Shown here: piece by piece, positions 39,101 to 51,000 of the stretch
Position numbering within the stretch: position 1 is the stretch's first letter
Layout of the letters: each line of letters begins with the position of its first letter
Origin: Schmidtea nova
Taxonomy: Eukaryota
Assembly (NCBI GenBank): GCA_044892505.1
Contig: CM097882.1
Span: 561,968,001-562,032,000 of the forward strand
Reading direction: 5' to 3'
DNA length: 64,000 nt
Translations under genes and position numbers: made by a program
Notes under the pieces: generated by a model
What the model was told of the DNA's origin: nothing
Database searches by the model: none
Seen by the model: only the letters and a program-made list of their open reading frames with translations

Positions 39101-42100
39101 TTGATCTTTTTGTATCATTTTTCAAACAATAGATCAAAAACTTGGGTTAATTAGGTGAAAAAAACAATTTTTGATCTATTGTTTGAAAAAATTGAAAATT
39201 AACAACAAGGAAAATATAATCAATATAAATAGTAATAGTACAAAATTAATATTTTAAGATAAAGCTAAAACTAATATTTTATTACTTTTATTAACACGTT
39301 GCTCACAGGAGACGCTAATTCCAGTTATATGTACTTTAGGCTGTATCGTGAAAAAAACAAAAACTACTATTAACTGACGCGTATTAGTGTCTCCAGTCAC
39401 CAACAGTTGGAAAATGAAAGACGCCAATCCGCGTTTCCAGTGAGTAATTTGTAAAAATAACTTACCATTTCAGCTCCTTTTCCAAATTCATCAATCAAAA
39501 TTGTTGAATGTGCGTTGGACTTTTTACAGCAAAGTGATATTTGATTAAGATCTACCATGAAAGTTGATAATCCAGATAAACTTGATTCTATAGACTTAAG
39601 CCTTGTCAAAAGGGCGTTTTGAGGAGTTAATATCATCTTAGTAGCCGGAACAAAACTTCCAATCTGAGCTAATACAATTAAAATTCCTATCTATAATGCA
39701 ATAATAACTCCATGAATGCCACCATAATTCTACATGCCTGTTTAAGATAAACACTTTTCCCAGATCCATTGGCACCGGATATAATAGTTAGTTTACCATC
39801 CCAATCATTGGAGTATGTTGAATTAGGTATAAATGGATCGGAATAGACTTCTTGCAGTGGATGCCTAGAGAATATTGATGCACTGTTTTTTTCTACTAGA
39901 TTTGTTACCTTCCATTTTCAATTTTAATTTCACCATTTGTATCGAATGAAGGCCGTGAGCCCTCTATCTGTCTGGCCGCTATGGCTAAAGACAGCAAACT
40001 AATAAATTGTGAATATGAACATAAAACAAATAAATATACCAGTCTAATTCTAATACTAAGTCAAAACAATTCAAAAGCATATGAGTATATTCAAGAATAC
40101 TTTCTTGTAAACAATGCATTATTGAAGTTTCCAGATCTAAAATCATATTTGTACCAAGTTAATATTATAAATTATTTGACTATTTAAAAATCAGAAATAG
40201 TTAATATAGATCAATAAAGATCAATAAATTTGTGCCTAGATTTAATTAATTGAATCATTGTCATCGGATCAGAAATATATCTGCTATCTTCGATCAATGG
40301 TAGACAAAAAATAGAATTAACCGTTGGACTACCAATTTTATATTTAAATATTTAATGTTTTTTAGTATGTGTTTTGTACATGTTATGTATGCTTATCACA
40401 GTTTATTCATGTATGGTTTTATATCAAATGAAAAAAAGGATCAAATTTGGGGGCATGGGCGTACGTGCCCCGTGGAGTTTACTGGTTGCAATCATATGTC
40501 CCAATGGGGTTCTAGCCAAAAGATTAATCAAATCATTTGTGCGTAAAAGGTTTATCCTGAAAAAAACAACCATTAGTGTATATAATATTTTATTTTGGAA
40601 AAGCGTATATAAACAGTTTACATAATGAAAATTAATCTTGATTTTACCAAAGAAATTGGTGATAAATAGCTGCTTCCTCCAAAAATCATAAAATTCCTTC
40701 AATCTAGGTAGAGTTTTGAGAACAAACATCGCGCGGTTTATCACAAACCATTTGGGATGCATATTGTGAGTTTTATAATCGCTATTTTACCATTGGGGTT
40801 GTATTAGCCATGTGCCGTTTATTCTTACTGATATTTCATTGGATTATATTGAAAATAATTTGGAAAGGTATTTTTTACCGAAATAAGTATTAAACCTAGA
40901 AAACATGGAGGTGACCAGTGGTTCAACTTAGTTTTAGATAATAATCTCTTCCCTATTGAAATGTGATAATGTTTGTTATTTGATTCTAAATTACTAATTG
41001 GATAAGTACTTGATTGTTCAAAAATAATTTTGTGTTGATCTTATCACTGTACACAATTAGAATATCAATGAAATAATAGTAAATGAAATAATAATAAAAC
41101 AAGTAATAATCTGAATTATTATATAAAATTAAATTTTTAAATAAATAAAATTCCGTTAAAAAATCATTAGCCACGCCTATTAAAATACGACAGAACTTTC
41201 CTTCCAACCTAAAATCTTAAATTAATTAATAAATTTGTATAATTTTTTAAATCTAGTTTTATTAAAGCTAGATTATCCTCGTTTTTATTTGTTTTTATAA
41301 TGTTCCGAATATCATTTACTCGAGTACTTTTTATGCTATAATATTTGGTGGGACAAGTTTCTCGGAAATGTTTTAACACATTCCAAACTATGATGATTTA
41401 ATGAATTTGTTTCAAATAAGTATCTGCTAACATCGAACAAGATGGAATTTATTTAAAAGATAAAAGTTCAGAATTCCAATACCGTTTCATGTATCAATAT
41501 TACGAAAGATACTGATAAAGATTAGACTACCGTCTTAACCCGAAAATAACACCAAGGTGTTATGTTTGAATATAAGACTACTCTGGTGTTTTATTCACAT
41601 ATAACACCATGGTGTTTTAAAATACTTTAATGTAATAACTTTTTTTTTATATATTGATATGCATATTCTCCATCCACCTTTAAAAGCTTTATTTCAACCA
41701 TCTTTTGACATTACTATCTGGAATGAATTATATGCATCTGAGTATGTTACACCTGAAAACGATGATATAAATGAAGAAAAATATCAACCACCAGAATGGT
41801 ACTTACCAGATTCAAATACTGCAAACTTTTATATGTGTGTACACCACAAGAAATATGGTAATCAATAGTGCATCCAATACCGGTATCATTTTTCAATATC
41901 GGAATTTCGGTATTGAAAAATTTCAACACCGGTAATAGCGGAAAATACCGGTATTGAAACTTTAAAAAAATAATTAAAATATGATTAAAATATGATTAAA
42001 ATCTCATATAAATAGTAAAAATTTACAGTGATTCAATAAATTTTTTTATTTTATATCAAAATACAGACTTTTTTAATTTTGTGCTTTTTTCTCCTTTGTA

Positions 42101-44987
42101 AAATATGCTCGTAAGAAACAAAGGGCATCCAGAGTATCATCCTCAAGAGATGATCGTAATTTGGTGACAAAGTTGCCACTTGCCGAAAATCCACGCTCAG
42201 ATTAAACACTTGTTGGTTTTATAGTTTTCAAGTATTCGTAGGAGTTTTGCAAGTATGTTCCACGAGTTCCTTCTTCGAAAACTGCAAGATTGTTTTTGAT
42301 GAATCTTTTGAAACGTTTAATCTCCCCTTATTTTTGCACTTATTATCATTCAAAATTGCCTTTTCTTTCAATGACAAGTTTACAGTGCTGTCAACAGAAT
42401 CGCTATCGGATGAAACGCTGGTGGAAGGGATAGGCTCGTCTGTTTGCTGATTGAGCCGCTCATTCAGTCGAACCATGGCGTTTACAATGGCTGATTTGCT
42501 AAGGTGCTCAAATGACAGCGCTGGATATAAATTCTCGTATCGTTGATGGCCGTTGTGCAGATAGTGCAGTAAGCTAGAAAAATTTGTCCGTCGCTCAATT
42601 ATTCGTCGCACAAACGCAGCTTTCAATTTAACAGCTAATTCCGTGTCTCCAAGGTTATTTACCATAAACAAAAGTGTTGTATCGGCTGACAACAATGTTG
42701 CATCATTTCAGCACAATGCTTCCACGGCTAGTTTCACTGGCGCGAGACATGAAATTGCCACAACAGATGAAATTGTGTCAAACTCCTTATCAGTTATCTT
42801 AATTTTAGAGTCAAGGTCAATCAGTGACTTCCGAATGCAATTTTTCAATTTCATGAGACGTTCGAGCATTGTGTGCAAGCTACTCCAACGAGTTTTGGAG
42901 TAGAGCATTAGTGAAAATGCTTTACCAAATTCGTCTACTGTGTACTTTTCGTGCGTTTTTGCATTTTTGTACGCACATTAGCGATTACCGGCTGCAAATC
43001 ATAAGTCAGTTTAATAATTTCGTCCTTCTCATTCATCACAACTTGAAACCCGTCAGAAAAATCTTCTTCGTCATCATTGGATATGTTTGCGTCATCGTCA
43101 GTGGTCGTATCATCGTCACTTTCACTGCTATTCTCGTCATTGAAGATTCCTTTCAAGATTGTTTTGCATGAAGTTGACGGTTTTTTGTACAAAACGTCTT
43201 GCACACCCAGTTGAATACCATGCACAAAGCATAACTGTTGATCACAATTGCTTAAATATCCCACTTTCTGCATTACGGAAGCTCCATCAGTAGTAATGCA
43301 CACAATGTCTTCATCGTAATTCAGCATAAACTGCGTCAACACTTTTTGAACTAACTCAATGCATTTTTAGCAGTCAGTGAACCAACAACTCTAGCTAATC
43401 CAAGGCTCCAAAATTAATAAATCCGGAATTAATAAATTTAGTCAGTAAAAATTGTAATTGGTCATGAATTTTGCAATTTTTAGTATGGCATAAACAGTCT
43501 CACAAAACCAATAATAGCCCTGCATTCGTCAATTTAGTTATGAAAAGTCTAATTTATTTTCAGTTAAAAAAGCAATACCTTATTAATATTATATTTTTTA
43601 ATTAAAATTGGGAAATAATTTCAAATATTTTTTATATATCCAATACCGAAATACCGGTATTGAGCCAACCCAATACCGGTATTATATCGGCAGGAAAATG
43701 TACGGTAATACCGGAATTCCGGTATCGGTAATACCGGTATTGGATGCACTAGTAATCAAGCTGAAAATACTTGGAAGGAGTATAAAAATCAATTAATTTT
43801 ATTTATGCAGTCTCTGCATGAATTATCTGATTTAGTAGATTCTAATTATTTTGAAAACATTCAGAATGATGACATACCTGCATCTGAAAACGAGATTTTT
43901 GTTGTGTCCATTAAAGAAAATTGGAACATTATAATAAAAAATGCAAATACTAAAACTTCATTTGAATATCTGGTATCAAATCCAATTAAAACTGTGGTAA
44001 TGGTAGAAATTGATCAGTATTTTGGGATACATATGCTTGGTTAATTAGCATTATATTAATGTTTAAATATTAAATAAAAAACCATGGTGTTATATTTAAA
44101 GTGGTGTTATATTTGAATTTTTCTTCAATGTTTTAAAAAGTCAAAATTTTTTAAAAACTCAAATACAACACCATGGTGTTATTTTCGGGTTAAGACGGTA
44201 GTAACAAAATATCTCATTCTTACACTGAATGGCATTTAGAAAGCCGTTTAAATGCAATTATATTCGAGAAATTTGCACTTTACTGCGATAACAAGAATTA
44301 TTTAGAACTATATAAAAAATTAAATATCATCCGATTACTATTATTTACCTTTTATTTCGTAAAGAATGTCTCCGAATTCTTTGTCTAATTCNNNNNNNNN
44401 NNNNNNNNNNNNNNNNNNNNNNNNNNNNNNNNNNNNNNNNNNNNNNNNNNNNNNNNNNNNNNNNNNNNNNNNNNNNNNNNNNNNNNNNNNNNNNNNNNNN
44501 NNNNNNNNNNNNNNNNNNNTGACTTACTTGTTTTTAACAAGAAAAGCTTGTGATTTTTTGTGATACCCAGTGCAAATCCCCAATAGCAGACTAGTTTCGA
44601 GCTTTTGGTTCTCATCAGTGCTACGCAGGAGACGCAAAGATTTCTCTCCGCGCCAGTTAAGTATAAAACAAAGTCGAAAGATTTTTGTTATATTCTATAC
44701 CTGGTCGGGTTTGAACACTTTTACTGCGCAGAGGCGAAAATGAAATTCATGCGCCATGTTTGCAAGTAACAGATTATCTGTAGGACCTTGCATATTCAAG
44801 TGATATTTTATCCAGTGAACCAGGTATAGTATATAACAAAAATCTTTCGACTTTGTTTTATACTTACCTGGCGCGGAGAGAAATTTTCGCGTCTCCTGCA
44901 TAGCACTGATGAGAGCCAAAAGCTCGAAACTAGTCTGCTATTGGGGATTTGCACTGGGTATCACAAAAAATCACAAGCTTTTCTTGT

Positions 44988-45064
<77 letters not shown>

Positions 45065-48000
45065 AATATCAATAATTTCCATAATGGATGACTATAGATC
45101 AAAATTTCTTTAAATAAGTACACAATATTTCGGCACAGCCATTATCAGTTGTGTATTCCAATCGTTATATTAACTAAATCCCAAATACTAACCTTAATTA
45201 TTTATTTTATATTTTATAAAGTGTAAAATCATCAATTGAACGGCCAAATAATAATTTTTATTCGTTTCCATAACTAAATAAACAACATTCAAATAGTCTT
45301 TCGAGAGGATTTCGGGAGAATCGTCAAATCGAACTATGACATCGTTACTGCCAGACAATGCTTGGATTTTATCATTAGATTTCGTTTTGTCCATTTCGCC
45401 ACGAACTGACATTGATTGTTTAACTACTTCATTGAATTTGTCCAGGCAACGACTTTTACAGATTACCATTATAGCTTGCAATGTAGAACTCCTGAATTCA
45501 TTTGTGATTAACTTATCAATTTGTGGACTCTGCATCGGTGTAGAAATGACAACTGATTTCGAAGAATACACCTTTCCTTCCAATCCTACATACACATCGA
45601 ATGCAAACTGGAAAAACATTCTCACAATATGCGAACCGATATTGTTTTCTAAATGATCCGGATAATGTATCCACCTATATTCACAGAATTTTTGACTCTG
45701 AAATCTCACAATCTCATTTTTAGAAATGTCTTTGGATTTACAGGCAAAAAGAACTTTTTCCAATAATCTAGATGTATTTTTACTGATGATTACGCCACCC
45801 AAATATGCATTGATGGATCCAAGTATAGAACCGACTACTCCACTTGTAGGATATGAAGAAACAAATCTTTCGATGATGGAGCATATTGTTGCATGAAAAC
45901 ATACTTTAATACCGTTTTTATTCAATGAAGCGACTGTTTTAATTACAATTTCATATCTTTCTTCTTCTTCTTCTTCAGGTGCACTTTCAAATGATTCCCG
46001 ACATGATTGATAATGTTTCACAATATCCAATTTAAAATTCCCAAACATCGCATTACCAATTGGACCATAATACATCCTAAGAATCTCATTGTCCATCTTT
46101 TCCATAATTCAATTCAAATTTTTAAACCTTTCGAAACTATAAAAAAAACTCAAATAGTTTGATAAAACAAACTCCAACTCTAAATAAAAATTAAATAAAA
46201 ATCAATTTTTCCAAAACAATCTAAATTACCCAAGCGCACACAGACGCTATAACAATCTCCCAATGCGCACACGGACGCGAGAAAAGCAAAAACAGAAAAA
46301 ATGCGCACACAGACGCGAATCGCACAAAAACTACAACAACAAAAAACGAGTGCGCACACAGACGCCAGCTCGAAACAAATTGCGCACACAGACTACAAAG
46401 TCTGATACAAAACAGACGAACATAAAGATTTTATTAAATGAAAAAAATTTATTTTAATTTTCTTTTTAAACATGATTTTTTTGTGCGAATTGAATGTTGA
46501 TGGACGGTTTGTAATTTTAATGTAAAAAGTCTCGGAAGCTAATCTTTGTAATGAATTTTTGAATCCCTCTTGTAGAATCTAGCATTTCGTTTTTTCTATA
46601 GATGCAGTTGTTTTATGTACTTTTTCCCAGTGTTCTAATAATTACTGGTTTTGTTTTTAGTGTGTTCATTAAGTCGGGTGCGAAAAGTTCTATATGTTTC
46701 TCCTATGTAAGTAGCGTCACATTTTTGATGAGAAAGTTTATATACTATATTTTTTACTTTTCCAAAAATATAGTATATAAACACTAATACGCGTCACTTT
46801 TCGCACCCAACTTAATGAACAAACTAAAAACAAAACCAATAATTATTACGAACATTGGGAAAAAGTACATAAAACAACTCCATCTATAGAAAAAACGAAA
46901 TGCTAGATTCTACAAGAGGGATTCAAAAGTTCGTCACAAATATTAGCTTCCGAGACTTCAAAAAAATTACGCCATGTTTATTTAAACAAAATATTTCTAA
47001 ATTAGTGCCAAAATCAAAAGACATTTCAAAAATTGCGATAAGCTTTGTTTAAACCCTTCAGATTATCACCAAAGTTTATTTATACACATCGCAATCACTC
47101 GATTGCTAGAAAATTACTTCAATGGGAAGGACGTGAGTAACGTACGCTAAGTATGACACAAAACACTACTAAGGTGCAATATAATTATCACAAACAAACT
47201 CCAATGAATTATTAGTTTATTTCTCGTACGAAATGTTATCTTTAAGGAATTCCTACAAATGGAATTTAAATATTCAGCTACGCAGTGAAATATATTAATT
47301 GAATTATTAGAAATGCCATTAATTAAGGTTGTCAGATTTTTACCGCGAGCAAATGGGACAACAACAAATATTTTAATATAGTAGAAAAAGTTTCAAAATT
47401 TATTTTAAAAAAGGTTGACAATTCATTAAGATTATTGAAAAAGCATAAAATAAATAACATAGGAACATAAAAATTCTAAATTAAATAAAATATAATAAAT
47501 TCAAAAAACTTAAAAATACTTAGAACTATTAATACAAAAATTGAATTTAATCATATTTTCTGTTAGATCTTGCATCCTTCAAAAGCACTTTATTTTTTAA
47601 AACAGTCATATATTTCGCTTCAATTGAAGTCGAAATTGACGATACACTGTAAGAAACCTTCTACTGTTTCCGGCAGTAAAAGACTTTGTTCGTCTGTCCA
47701 TTGAATTTATTGCGTTTTATTTGTATAACCTCAGCAAAAAAATATATCCCTGCAAGAAACATCGATAAAGAAATTAAAATTGTAAAAGAAAAGCGCAACA
47801 TTTTCGAATTTCGTTGATTTTTTAAAAAAATTTAATCGGAACGAATGAGCGTCCTGAAAAACTCTTTCGGGACTCCGGGACATTGACTTGAAAACCGGGA
47901 CGTCTGGCAACCCTGCATTAATCGAATTGTTTCCGAATTTCAGACATTCTCGTTTCATTAAGATTATTTTTCACTCTTCCTGTTTCAGTCGCTGAAGCTA

Positions 48001-51000
48001 AACGGAAGTTTTCAGTGCAAAAACGTGTGGAAAATTATCTAAGTTCAACGATGAAACAATAAAGATTAAATAAATTTGCTACTCCTAATATCAATTTTGA
48101 TATGATCAGGTAAATGGATTTCTACGAAAATATTAACAATCTATTAATACTAGGTAGATCTTTAGACAATATTATTTTTCGATGTAACTGCTGCTGGTCT
48201 CGACATACTTGCCACTGAAAATTATGTTTTAGAAGCCTTTTTGGACCAATTTGCTTCTTTTCTTCGAAAATATTTGTCACAAAAGACTTCAAATCACCGG
48301 TGTCAGTCATAGGCTTATTTAAGACTGAGTTTAACCAAGCAAGAAAAGTCGCTTGGAGAAAAATTAACACTGTATGCCGTAGACTGAAGCTCCACAAAGC
48401 CACTTTTTTGAATTGCGTTCAGTACCGCAGTCTTTTTGTGAATGGGAACGTTATCATACAAAAAACAATATTTGCACACTTGGTTTTCATCTCTTCTTTT
48501 CTGCGGCTTCAATGATATCAACGTAAAAGTTTCTGTTCAGCTTCACACTTTTTTTTGTAAAGTTTTTCTGGATAATACCACATGAAACCCAAAATATTTT
48601 CATCAAGAGGATTCGTCTATGAGATGTTGCACTGCTCTGTTTCCATAAACTTGACTCCTCAGAGAATTTCCACTCTTTAGATCAGGGGTGGGCAATTAAT
48701 ATGATTTGGATGCAAGTCCGTTTTTTGTTTATTATTATTGTCATGCTCTGATGTCCAAAACAACACAAGAATTATGGGAAGTTAAGATTGAACTATCACA
48801 TTTCAAACCAATAGCAGCTACGTTATAAAAAGTATGTAACTACCCTAAAAAACAGGAGTGTTTTTAATAAAGTTTTTACTCCTGTTTTTTATTAGTGAAG
48901 GTTCGATATGACAGTATGGATAATTTATCACCAATAACACCTGGTCAGATAGTGGAGGATATTGAACCTAAGAGAGGATAATAAATGAATTTTAAATATT
49001 TAAAAAAGTGAATAAATCAACTTTTCTATTTAGGAAGGGCTTTAAAATATATAAAAAGTTGAAAGAGTAACGAAAAAGAATAAAATAAATAAAAGATTTA
49101 ACATTTCAAAATCAAACCTGGAAGAAGCACCTCCAATGTCAAGCATGAGACGGGGTACAGTATATATGATTATTGTTATCAATGTAAAATACGTGTCAAT
49201 ACGATGAGTTGTGTTGATGTGGCCCACTTTGCAAAGGACAGATACCAATGCGGTCCTCCGTTAAAAAAAGTTTTCCCAACCCTGTTTTAGATGATCGTCT
49301 GTTCTCAAAAATGTATAAAGACAATGACGCTTCATCTTTAGTTGCAATATTGTCTAGCATTCAGTTACCAATTTTAGCAAACAGTTGAAGGTTTTCAATG
49401 CTGCACTAAAAATTTCTTCCACATATTTCAAATCTGAGAAAATAGGGAACAAACCTTGAACATAATTTTATAATTCCAAATGACTTCAGTATGTGTTGAA
49501 TAGTGCCACAGCTAACATTTAATTCTTGAACCAAGTGTTTTTCGACAATTTTCGAGCGATGGAAACCAGATTTTTCAATTCCACAAATTTTTTATCACTA
49601 ATTTTCTGAGGCCTTATTGATCTTTCATAATCTTAAACATTTATTTTTCCACTCTTAGACTGTTTATTCCATTTGTAAGTCATAAACCGTGATGGGGTTC
49701 GTTCATCTTATGCTTCTTGAAATTGTTATTTCTTATAGCTCAAATTTTCTCAAAAGAAAAAACCGGATAACGCTGAGCTTTTCGACATCTGTAAAGATAT
49801 TTTTTAAAATACGCCACAAAACTATCCTTAAAGAGATTGATTCAAACCAACTTCAATTACCTTAACTAATGACCAGGAAGTATTTGAAGCCTAAATTGCA
49901 TTATAATGACAATCTTTTTAATAGCGTAGTCTATGGGCCTTTAAGTGTTACCACGTATGTGGATAATTTCATCGTTGTTTCGTTAGTAGGTGTTTTTAAA
50001 AAAAATATTATTCTGACCAAAATTGGTTTAACAAACGACAAAAATTAATTACTTTTCGTAGTATAATTTTTGTAATAGGCAGCGTTGTTCATTGAAAACT
50101 GAAAAATAAAATAATTTTACAAAATTTAAATTTTGCTGAAATGCAAATTATTATGTTCCTTAAAAAATTTCCGAGATCTGAATTAATTGTAAAATTCATA
50201 TGAATTGCAATTTTCCAGTTGTCGGATAAACTAAAATGAGATTTCCAATATGTCGTTTTCTATAATTCACATTCATTGTATTGATTACATTTTTTGAAAT
50301 TATTTGAAATTAGCGAAATGTTACTGGCGACCACGCCGAAATTGCAGCTCTGACGAGATCACAACAAAGGCAGAAAATTGTGGAATCTTTGTCAAATAAT
50401 ATTCAAGATTCAATTTACCCAGTCATAAAGAAATTTTTGGAGGAAAAGAAGAAAATGCAAAGGACTGGCTTCAACCTATTGAAGAATTTGTGATGATAAA
50501 TTTGCTCAGTTTAGGAGCAGCGTTCGATTTGTTAGTGCATGGAGACGCAAAAGAGCTATGGATGGCCCTTAAGGAGACACAAAAGACTCCGGCTTCAGAT
50601 CAAGAGGTAAAAGGTTGGTTTATTTTAAAATATGTAAAATCCAAAGGTTTTTACAAAATATTGAAGACATGAGTCTGATAAAGCAGAGATCGGACGAAAG
50701 GTTTGAAAAATTTGTAATCAGAGTGAGGAAATTAGTTCGCGAAGTTCTTTCCGTAAATCAAACGGAAGACAGAATTGTCAAGGATATTGTAACAAAACGT
50801 ATGTATTCAGAAAAAGTTAAGGATGCAATTGCAATGAACCCAGAAGTATTTCTGACAGAAATAGAGAAAATGAATGTAAACTTTGAAAATAATTTACATA
50901 CAGATTACACCAGAGACATATTTGCACTGGCAGATGATAGGAAACAATCGTCGTATGCATCGGTAACAAGAAATAAAATTCCAGTAAGGCAAAATGTTCA

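Larger units (their letters stand above)
41530..44198. mobile_element. TA-flanked non-autonomous TIR element (Tc1/mariner/pogo-type ends) carrying a cargo ORF and a nested hAT
   Basis: 32-bp TIR CCGTCTTAACCCGAAAATAACACCA(A/T)GGTGTT, 31/32 identical; TA at 41528-41529 and 44199-44200. Confidence 0.85.

Noticed and set aside
44366-45091. ORFs spanning the N gap, the MITE arms and (TA)n
   Set aside because: Artefacts of Ns, microsatellite and foldback symmetry.
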